Shown: positions 38,101-48,800 of the stretch, in pieces | Layout: every line of letters begins with the position of its first letter | How positions within the stretch are numbered: position 1 is the stretch's first letter | Assembly: GCF_947568905.1 (NCBI RefSeq) | Contig: NC_079164.1 | Coordinates: 10,850,001-10,914,000, forward strand | Length of the DNA stretch: 64,000 bases | Reading direction: 5' to 3' | Origin: Ostrea edulis | Taxonomy: Eukaryota | The notes under the pieces: model-generated | Told to the model about the DNA's origin: nothing | What the model saw: the letters and a program-made list of their open reading frames with translations, nothing else | Database searches by the model: none | Position numbers and translations under genes: made by a program

Positions 38101-40913
38101 GGAGTTAGTATATCTATAATTAATTAAATGTTGAGCAATGCTTTAACTTGAATGTACTGTAGGAGTTAGTATATCTATAATTAATTAAATGTTGAGCAAT
38201 GCTTTAACTTGAATGTACTGTAGGAGTTAGTATATCTATAATTAATTGAATGTTGAGCAATGCTTTAACTTGAATGTACTGTAGGAGTTAGTATATCTAT
38301 AATTAATTGAATGTTGAGCAATGCTTTAACTTGAATGTACTGTAGGAGTTAGTATATCTATAATTAATTGAATGTTGAGCAATGCTTTAACTTGAACGTA
38401 ATGTATGAGTTAATATACCTATAATTAACTGAATGTTAACCAAGTCTCTTACATGTTGTAGGAGTTAGTTTGATAGGCAACCAAATACAGTATGTAATGA
38501 GGATTCTCACTGGATGCTGATGACATTTCCGCCTTTGTGGCAATTGGTTAATTTTTCATGCAAATTTGACCTCTGACGAGACCCTCAACTAACATGTTGT
38601 TAGATGTTTGTGTAGTGGGTATGTGAGCAGATCCAACATCAAATTATAATTAGATTGAGGAGTATATCTATAATTAATATGTTGAATGGTGATACAGTAC
38701 ATTAATGAGGCTCTTACTAATTTGTATATAGTATAGGAGTATATCTATAATTAATTAAATGGTGACACGGTAGGAATGTTAATGAGCCTCTTACTTGTAC
38801 GTGTTGTAGGAGAGTATCTAAAATTAATCAAATGCTTTCACTTCGACTTGTGTAAATATTATCCTACTTACACTTGTAGCCTGTTTCAGCCAAACTAGTG
38901 GACATAACCGCCTGGGTAAGCACGGGATGGATGGACAATTCTGTTGGTTCCATGGAGTCATCTTGGTAAGAACATGGATTGTTAATCTCCTAAGTTAAAA
39001 ATACACATATAAAACACAAGTGTATAGAGGTTTCTTTACTGGTAATGATGATATACATGTATGATAACATTACTTATTTACAACATTCATTATGACAATG
39101 AAATAATGTTTTATTAATATCAGTCATTGAAAATCACAAAAGACCCATTCAAACTCAAAAAGTTTGAAAGGCTTATAAACAGCCTTACAGGTTAAAATGA
39201 GATCATAAACAGCCTTACAGGTTAAAATGAGACAGGTTAAAATGAGATCATAAACAGCCTTACAGGTTAAAATGAGATCATAAACAGCCTTACAGGTTAA
39301 AATGAGATCAGCTCCAGCATCATCTTTTTTCTCTTAAATTTTTCTTTTACCATATTTTATATATCTTATCCCATAAATATTGAAAACAATTTAATTTATT
39401 TATTTTTGTATAAAGTAAAATCCTCCCTGCGAGATTTCAGCACCATGTTTCATTCTAATGCAACAATTTTGTTATCTGCATTTTGATTGGCTACTGCACT
39501 GAGGTTTGAGCCAGTTAAACGAACATTTATGAGATGGAAAGATTTCCATTGTGACATGTGATAACAAATGAGGAGAGTTATTCAATAATCAATGTACCTT
39601 ATTTTATATACTGGGACAATTTAGTGTTTTGTCAATGAAGAAATTGACATAAATTTGAAACCTGCCTGAGCAATTTGGATTTGAAATGTTGTTTGTGGAT
39701 TTCTGAAGTGGGTCTTGTAATGTTTAATGGCTTCGTCTCTTCTATTGAAGCCATTTCGACATTTGTAGCAATGCCAGTGAGCACCCTTGAATTTCTTTTC
39801 TCCTTTGATGATACCAATAATATCGCAATGATCACAGCATCTTAATATTTTCAGCCCTGCATATCAAAACATAAAACATTATAAACATATCTCAAAACTT
39901 CGTAACATGACCTTAAATTTTGTTTCATCCGTAAATGTAGGAAATTCCAATATTAATTCGGTAATATTAAACAGTTCCTTTTACTTTATTCCATTAAAAA
40001 AATGTTTACACACCTGCAAAATCTATTCCTTTATCAACATGTTTAACACGAAAATGGGCTTTTAATATGACTGGGTCATGATAGAAATCTCTCTTTACAC
40101 ATAAAGGGCAGTGCATGTGAACCGAGTTATCAGGACATCTGTGGTCCATGCATCTCACAGGGTTATAGTTGTTTTCTGTGCCTTTGACTCTTACACTTGG
40201 GTGAGTCTAAAAGTAAAAGATGAAAACAAGAAACTATATTACAGATCACAACATAATAAAAGCTATTATATTTGGTGCATACAATATTTCGCAGAAATTT
40301 AGATTTTGCTAGTTTAGCTAGTAATGCTTTCGCCAGCATACTTTTCATGCCAAACTGCTAAGCTTCATGCAGTATGCTGGCGTAAAATGTCACACTTCAT
40401 TCCCTCATGTATTTTTAAAAAAAATTCAATTTATTTCTTAAATGTATTGTAAAATTGTGATATATTGTACATGTATCAAACAGCATTATGTCATTGTGTG
40501 CTAAAAATAAAGTTATAAAGAAATGCAAACTAAAGGTTTCGGGTTTTTTAAATATGGAAACATAAATTGTATCATAAAGTATGTAGCTAAATCAAGCGAT
40601 TGTGCCTGACACATCAATCACGGTATAATACGTACATATGATCATGGTATCCTATCCAGAGGAATTTCCGAAATATAAATAGGCGTATCCTTATGACGTT
40701 ATAAGGGACCTTTTCTGTTACTAAACATGTCGAAATGCAGGGTGTTTTCTCAAATCTATGCAAGATACATGTATTATTATTTTAGATTTGAAGAGCGTTT
40801 TATGAACATGAATACGGGACTAAACTAGCGATTGTTTTCATTTTCAAGTCATGAACAAAGTGACTCCATGTTTGTAAACTTCCTATATTGAGACTTACGA
40901 CAAAGGTGTTCAT
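35198..40913 (-). CDS. Uncharacterised C2H2-like zinc-finger and coiled-coil protein (7 exons, ~462 aa)
   Basis: Exons 40913-40899, 40206-40014, 39856-39666, 38989-38872, 37513-37317, 36920-36768, 35719-35198, phase-consistent if the 39665 donor is GC. Motifs HMHCPLCVKRDFYHDPVILKAHFRVKH and HWHCYKCRNGFNRRDEAIKHYKTH, a heptad-rich region LQQKYEKL...IKDLKEKLQKCKQREQEL, and C-terminal PSPKRFKTD. The first exon is the least certain. Confidence 0.8.
35773..36575. mobile_element. Tc1/mariner (pogo/Tigger-like) non-autonomous element
   Basis: TA-CAGTAAAACTCT ... AGAGTTTTACTG-TA, with subterminal GCTATA/GTTATA repeats. Confidence 0.8.
37930..38460. repeat. 61-bp minisatellite (~9 copies; degenerate copies to ~38830)
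   Basis: Unit TAGGAGTTAGTATATCTATAATTAATTAAATGTTGAGCAATGCTTTAACTTGAATGTACTG. Confidence 0.9.
39170..39310. repeat. 30-bp minisatellite (~4 copies)
   Basis: Unit ATAAACAGCCTTACAGGTTAAAATGAGATC. Confidence 0.85.
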
Positions 40914-41249
40914 TGCGAATCACGTTCCCTCTCACGATGAATTAAAAACAAGATATTCACATATCCATGTTTGTGAAAGGGTGCATTTGATATTCCCTCG
41001 GCCTTTCTGTGTGTGCAACGTCAGAAGTTCTGCTTATGCAGAAAAATTTGTGACGTCAAAATTTTGGTGATAAAATTAAACAAGTCGTACAATTATCAAT
41101 TTGCTTATCAACCAATTTCGTATTTTTATATTTGAAAATCTTTAATGTTGTCCTTCAAGAACACAAAAATACTGATAAAATACTTGTATACATAAAATGC
41201 ATACTATTTCAAAAACATACGACACATATACCGTACATCTTATTAAAAG

Positions 41250-41318
41250 TTGTTAAGACCGATCCCGACGGAAAAAGAAAAGAAGCAAACCGACTTGACC
41301 TTGTTGCAACATCTACAG
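41250..41318 (+). other. Putative non-coding first exon shared by ADAT2 and NDH-2
   Basis: A CpG-containing ATG-free segment ending in CAG|GTATTG (donor 41319). The next strong acceptor is TTTTTGATTTTCAAG (42038), 7 nt before the ADAT2 ATG. The 5' boundary is approximate. Confidence 0.55.
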
Positions 41319-42045
41319 GTATTGAGCGTTATTAAGGTGCTATGTAATTGCAATAAGTCTTTACATCATGCACTGCATTGACTTTATTTTCATCATATAA
41401 AGATACAGAACCTATAATGAAGGTTCAATCTCGGCCTAGTAACATGAGAAAACATCTGTCTGATATGTATAATTTTGAGCAGACATGTCATTCGAAATTT
41501 TAAGAAAGATCGCATGAAAAGGTACTGGAATCGTTCTTTTATTTTATTGCATGTCTCTTATTTTTAAAGGCCAAAAACATAGATGCTTGGGTCATATATG
41601 ATGCATGTAATGTTTCTTATTTCACTTGGAATTATTTTTAGGTAGGGTAGGTAGAATCTAGATATAAATTTTGAATATGAATACACATAGATAGTATGTA
41701 AATGATAACTATTTATAAGTTTTATGTTTATTCATTTATTAAGATCCAAGCACCTGTGGCAAAAAATATAAATTTTGATGTTTCTTCTTACATCTAAGTT
41801 CAAGTATTAGGGTAGATTGGTAGGAAATGTTCACCTTTTTCTCTCTCAAACTACACACATATTCTAATCACAATCTTCATTTAAGTTGCAGATATTATTA
41901 ACATACCAAATGGTCAACATTAACGATCATTTGACTAGTATTCTATTGTTTTCGTTTAATGATTATTTTCAAAATCACACCAGCAGCCAATCATATATTT
42001 TAAAAAAGAAGCACATGTTTGTATTTTTGATTTTCAAGGTAGATA

Positions 42046-42570
42046 ATGGATGATGCTCAGCAAAACTGGATGGTAAAATCCTTTAACTTTGCTGAAGAGG
42101 CTTTAGAAGCTGGTGAGGTTCCGGTGGGGTGTATAATGGTGTATAATGATGAAATCATAGCCGTAGGAAGAAATGAAGTGAATGAAACAAAAAATGCTAC
42201 TCGTCATGCTGAAATAGTAGCCATTGACCAAGTGTTGAAGTGGAGCAAAGCTCATGAGATACACTCTGCAGATGTATTTCATAAGACTGTTTTGTATGTT
42301 ACTGTAGAACCATGCATTATGTGTGCAGGTGCCCTGAGACAAGTGGGGATTCCCCTGGTTATATTTGGATGTTATAATGACAGGTTCGGTGGCTGTGGAT
42401 CTATTCTGTCTGTGCACGATGCCAACATCACCAGTCTAGGTCCTTCTTTTCAGTCCGTGGGTGGCATAATGAAAGACAGAGCTGTTGAGTTGCTAAAGAA
42501 GTTTTATCAAGGAGAGAATCCCAATGCTCCTGAGGAAAAAAGAAAGTCAAAGAAAGAGGAATCCAACTAA
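42046..42570 (+). CDS. ADAT2: tRNA-specific adenosine-34 deaminase catalytic subunit (174 aa, intronless CDS)
   Basis: GEVPVGC, NATRHAEIVAID (HAE) and LYVTVEPCIMCAGAL (PCxxC) zinc deaminase motifs, plus NDRFGGCGSIL and GENPNAP, typical of eukaryotic ADAT2/Tad2. Confidence 0.96.
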   Translation: MDDAQQNWMVKSFNFAEEALEAGEVPVGCIMVYNDEIIAVGRNEVNETKNATRHAEIVAIDQVLKWSKAHEIHSADVFHKTVLYVTVEPCIMCAGALRQVGIPLVIFGCYNDRFGGCGSILSVHDANITSLGPSFQSVGGIMKDRAVELLKKFYQGENPNAPEEKRKSKKEESN

Positions 42571-42800
42571 AGCATCTCACAGATATTTTATTCTTTTTAC
42601 AGATGACTGTGGTACAGTAGTGCTATGTGAGCTATGTGATTCCAAAGTAATATATCATGAACATGTATATATGAACATTGAAGACATTAAGATGATTAAT
42701 GGACTTGTATCCTCCAATTTGCTGTACTACATAACAGTTTCATGTTAAGGAAGAACTGTCTCAAGAGGATCATACAAAGAAATTGACTCCAATCCAAGAC

Positions 42801-45800
42801 ATGATTAAGTTTACAAGAAAGTGTTTCCACATAAAGACGAGTTTATTTCATAGAAATTTAACCACCCAGACAGGTCGTAAGAAACTGGTGATTCTGGGAA
42901 CAGGTTGGGGAGGTTACAGTTTGCTCAGGAATATTGACAAGAAGGTGTTTGATGTGGTGGTGATAAGCCCTAGGAACTACTTTCTGTTTACACCTTTACT
43001 TGCCAGTACAACAGTGGGAACACTAGAATTCAGGTAATCTTGTGACTAACAGATATATAAAGCCAAAAGTAATAGTTAGTGTGTTTCCGCTAACAATTAA
43101 ACAGACAAAATTAGGGTAGGTAGGAAGAAAATAGATTTATTTCTCAAACTTTCTGATCACAATGTCCTCGTTGTTAGATTAACATATTGATTATGGCCAT
43201 GTTTTTCATTATCTTTTTATTTGATTATCTTCTGAGTAAGTACAACTGTCAACTCCAAAGCAATTTAATCAATAATGTCTTGAAGAATTTGTTTAAACAA
43301 TTTGTAAGGTGTATGATTTAGGGTCCATTGAGTTGTACAGGAAACACAATTTTTATTAAAGGCCTAATGGACATGATGGACAATTTCATATGATAGGAGT
43401 TCCAAAGAGTGGAAAATAATATTTGTATTTTTCTTTGGTTATAATGAATATCAATGTAACATTATTACTGGGGTAGGTAAATGTTTCAATTGTTTGCCTC
43501 TATTGCAGGGTTCGAAATTAACTTTTTCAAGCACTAGTCCGTACGGACTATTAACTGTTGATGTTCACTAGTCAGCAAAGCATTTCACTAGTCCATCCAG
43601 TATATAATAAAATGATCTTCATTTTATTCAATAGTATTTAATCAAATCAAATACATCACAGTTGCAAACAATTCAATTTCTGACACCTATAGAAGAAAAA
43701 GAGACCACCATATTTTATTTCGCATTCAAGATCTTCAGAAGCATACAATATTAACCTCCGAGTTAATCCTTTTATAAATGTCCATAAGTGCGTTCGAGAT
43801 CGACGTTCTTGTTGTTTTGGTGCTCAGATCTTAAAGTCACAAGAGTTGGAAATTTTATCAATAAAGTAAAAAAAATTCACTCGGTTGCCCAAATCATGAG
43901 CTATAGTGTTATGAACTACTGTGTTAGAGTCACGAATGTCGAGAAAATGTGCGCACAAACGTGCATGTTCTCAGACCACACTACTTGCAATTCTTGCACC
44001 TAGAACACATTCTCGTGATGTGTACTCGGCGTTCGGAATCGGCAGGAATTTGACAATTTGTGCACGTTCGTAGAACGGCGGTCTCGAACACACTCCATGT
44101 GCTAGGAAGATCAGGCTGTCATAGTCATGCAAACACTTGACCATGCAGGTAATCAACCATAAGTTCAAACATCTAAGATACTCCGACAAATGTTGCTAAA
44201 AATCTTTACCAATTCAAGATTGAATTCTGGATTTTCACTAGTCCGTACGGACTAGTACTATAGAGAGTTCACTAGTCCGACACGTTTTTTACTAGTCTCG
44301 GACTTACGGACATGAGTTAATTTCGAACCCTGTATTGCAAAGTAGACAGTCTAGCTGACACACAAGGATCAATTTGCTACTCATTGTGTCTGTCTTTCTA
44401 TCTGTTTTGTGGTCTGTATATCTTTGGAAAGGTGCATCAGATAGATAAATAATTCATACTGAAACCAGCTGTACTTTAATATGGTAACTCCTGTAAGTAA
44501 AATATGAAAACACTTATAGATTTTTGATAATATTTAGGTCTATCATTGAACCAGTCAGAAATGTTCGCTTTCGTCAGACGGCAGACTTCCATTTGTCTTA
44601 TGCAACCAAAGTGGACAGAGACAATAAAGTTCTCCACTGCGAAAGTGTGCTGCAGCCAGGACTTGGATACACGCTGAATTACGACAAACTCGTGCTCGCA
44701 GTAGGGGCTCGCAGCAATACATTTAATGTTCCAGGTGTTGAGGAACATGCATTTTTTCTCAAGGTATGGAATTTGTGACCATTGTAAAATTCCATCACAT
44801 TATTTCTCATGTTTCTCAGATTCATGAGTGCCATGCAAGTGCTAATAATGCAACTGTTAATTGTCATACTTTTTCAACGTACATTGTATGAATGGTGTTC
44901 AGGGCCTTAGAAGTATTAAAGGGATCTTTAATGATTATGTGCGAACACTTACCATGACATGGGACCTCAGGTTTTAAGAACTCAATTCAAAAGACATTAT
45001 TTGATACACAGGAGCTTGATCTCATTTTAAAAAAAAGGGCCTCTATGTATAATATACAGGATTCTTGAATATATTTTGATATGTTGATACGGAGAGGACT
45101 TATATAGGCAGTGCCTGCTGTTCAATCCTATCATGAATTCTCATAATAAAATACTGTTTAAATTAGATATTTTGATATCATTTACTGATTGACAAAACGT
45201 GTTTATGGATGAGGCATTTGAATTGCACAAGTTGTTATGTTATCATATTGTAAACTGATACACATGTATTAACTACTGTTTCATCAATTAACAGGACATA
45301 CCTGATGCAAGGAAAATAAGGAATCGGATTATACAAAATATTGAACTTTCCCTTCACCCAGGCTTAGATGAAAATGAAAGGAAGCGGTTGCTGAACTTTG
45401 TAATTGTGGGAGGTGGTCCGACAGGGGTGGAGTTTGGTGCAGAACTGTATGACTGGATCGAGCAGGTAAATGGAACATACAGAAAAATACGGAACTAAAT
45501 TACTGAATCAAGCAGGTAAATGGAACATACAGAAAAATAGGGAACTAAATTACCAGTTCGAACAGATAAATACATTGTATGTAAATGGAAGGTCCAGAAA
45601 AATACAGAACTTTAAAAGTGTATTTCTGACCTTGGTAATTAAAAATGTGCATTGCATGTTAACAAATAGTAAAGAAAACAATATTTCATTTATTTATGAT
45701 TGTGATGCAACATTTGTGACAGGATGTTGCCAGAGTTTACCACCAGAGGAAGGACCAAGTACATGTGACCTTGGTAGAGTCCAATCAGATTTTGTCGTCT

Positions 45801-48800
45801 TTTGATGAGCGTCTGAGGCATTTTGCTGAGAAGAAAATTAAAGAAAGGGATCGATTTAAACTCGTCAAATCCTCTGTTACAAGTATGTTCTGTTTAATAA
45901 AACAATTCTTGAAACATTAACCATCGGGACTCTACAAGGAAAGGATTTTTGTAAGAGTCAGTGACAACAAACTGGGTGAAGCTTAATGACTTTCTTTTAA
46001 TATACAGGAGTGACATCATACTATGTGAAGCTCAATGGGGCCTCAGTTTTTGTGGTCTCATCCAAAGGACCATCCCATTTAGTTGACCTTCTATGACAAA
46101 CAAGGGTTACTGAGGACCTATTCTTACCTGGAGTAGCGACCTCATACTATGTGAAGTTTTATGATGTAGGGATGACATTAACTGTATGAAATTAATAAAC
46201 ATGTTCTTGATTTCAGTGTATTAAATCATCAAATGTATTGTTGGAAGTGCACAAGACTATTATTGTAGGGATGACGTCAGACTGTGTGAGACTTAATGAC
46301 CTTGTTTTATGTTGTAGGGGTGACGTCCGACTGTGTGAAGTTAAGTAATGGGGAAGATTTACCATGTGGATTAGTTGTATGGAGCACAGGCTTATCACCT
46401 ACACAGTTTGTCAAGTCACTAGATGTACAGAAAAACAAGAGTGGACAGGTATTTCCCAGTTTTGTGAATTAACAAAGCAGACCTTAGAACCAGTTTACAT
46501 GTGAAATATGATGAACCCAATGCAGACCAAAGTTACATAAATGCACACAAAGTCCTACAGAATCATTCAGATGAATTACTGAAACCACTATCAATGTAAA
46601 CGAAATAGATTATTTGATATTTGTGGAGTTAAGCAATCAAGCCTTTGGTTTGCGATTATTGGTACATGTATGTACATTAGGAATGCCCTTTTTTAATGCA
46701 GATTCTAACAGATAAATATCTACATGTTATTGGCGACACCACAGACAGTGTGTATGCTCTTGGTGACTGTGCAGACATCAAAGACAACTCACTTCCTTGT
46801 ATAGCACAGGTAGGAAAAATTCACTTCCTTGTATAGCACAGGTAGAAAATAATCTCACTCTCCTATATAGCACAGGTAGAAAAAAAAACCACTTCCATAT
46901 ATAGAACAGGTAGGAAAAATTAATGTCCATGTATAGTACAGGTAAAAAAAAAAAAACCTCCCTTCCCTGTAAAGCACTAGTAGAAAAAACCTTACTTCCC
47001 TGTATAGCGCAGGTAGAAAAAACCTCACTTCCTTGTATAGTACAAACTTTAAAAAAAATCTTACTTCCCAATATAGCAGGTAGAAAAAATTAACCTCCCT
47101 GTATAGTACAGGTAGAAAAATCCTCACTTCCCTGAATAGTGCTGGTAGAAAAAAAACTTCACTTCCTTGTATAGTACAGGTAAAAAGAAACCTCACTTCT
47201 CTATACAGCACAGGTAGATAAAATTAACTTCTATGTATAGTCAGATAGACAAAAGAACCTACTTCCTTGTACATGTATAACACAGGTAGAAAAAAACCTC
47301 ATTTCCCTGTATAGCACAGGTAGAAAAAAACTCAAATCCCTTTGTAACACAGGTAGGAAATTTTTACTTCCATGTATAGTACAGGTAGTAAAAACCTCAC
47401 TTCCTGTATAACACAGGTAGTAAAAAGCCTCACTTCGTTGCATAGCATAGGTAGGAAAGACCTCACTTCCCTGTATATCTCATTTCTCTGTATAGCAACT
47501 GCCGCAGTGGTCTAGAGGTAGATCGTTCATCCCACACTTGGAAGCTCCGGGTTAGAATCCCGGCCGCGACAGACCCAAGTTGTTAAAATAGGTATTGACA
47601 GTTCCATCGCCAAATGCTCGGCATTGGGTGTGGATATCACAGGTCCTCGGAGATGACCTTAAAAACGGATGTCCCGCGTCACAGTGGGTGTGGCACGCTA
47701 AAGAACCCTCACTGCTCGATGGCTGTAAGTGCTGAGCATAGACCTGAATTTTAAGTCCTTCAACGGTCTTGGTGCCGTCCCCATATGAGTGAAAAATTCA
47801 CAAGAGGGACGTTAAACAAGACACATTCAATCAATCAATCCCAGTATAGCACAGGTAGAAAGAAGCCTCAATTTCCTATATAGCACAGGTATAGGAAAAA
47901 GACCCACTTCTCTGTAAAGCAGAGATGGGAAATAGACAACTTACTTCTATATATGGCACATACAGTGAAACTCATTTCTAGTACATTGCAAAGACATTCC
48001 ACTACATTGTATATCTCAATACATTGTACAACATAGGTAGTCTACTTCCTTGTACATCTATATATTGTACACTGTGTTAAAAAAAAAATGAAGCACCTTG
48101 CTATAGTTAAACTGTTCAACTGATCCCAGGGTTGGCAAAAAAGTGGTCAATATGAGTATTGACTGGGCCAGTGGCCAATACTGGTTAAAACCGGTCAATA
48201 CTGGTTAATACTGGTCGATTGAAAATTATTTGGTCATTATAGTCTGTGTTATTTATTTTAAATGTTTAAGTGATCATTATGGTAAATACTGTAATTCATA
48301 ACATGCACTATCAGTTTATAATATACTTATAAGTCATAATATTAAATAAATAATGTACAAATGACTCGGTTGAATTGGGGAAGATGTAAAAGTTTCTGTT
48401 CAAATTCCTTAGTTTAACAAACTACCTATAAGTATTGTTTCATCAATCTTCATTTTAACTGTTGAATAAACATTTGAGGGGGTGGGTTGGTGATGTTTTC
48501 ATAACAATAACAGGCACACTGGTCATCACTGGTCCTAGCCTATGCTTATTAACACCTATCCACTCTCCTTCCTGTGCTCAGGTAATGTCTAGCTACCTTT
48601 TATTCTTAATCTGCCCAGGTACATGTATTTTAGAGGTCTGTCTCCAATCATCAAGCTATGTTATAGAACTGTGACCCTCTGGTAGGTACTGAAGATATTG
48701 CGGTCAGTTTCAGCAAACCAAATATATTAAACTTATGAAATTACATTTGATTATCTAATGAAAAATATTAGTCAACAATTGATCCATATAATGAAAAGAC

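Noticed and set aside
38480-38640. Possible extra exon of the zinc-finger gene
   Set aside because: Stops in all three minus-strand frames after the candidate acceptor.
41221-41238. Alternative first coding exon of the zinc-finger gene (MYGICV|GTATGT)
   Set aside because: Phase-compatible but less favoured than 40913-40899, which has a consensus GTAAGT donor. Not excluded without cDNA.
42103-42417. 104-aa antisense ORF within ADAT2
   Set aside because: A shadow ORF of the coding strand with no motifs.
46778-47443. Hydrophobic minus-strand ORFs
   Set aside because: Antisense translations of the donor-derived minisatellite.
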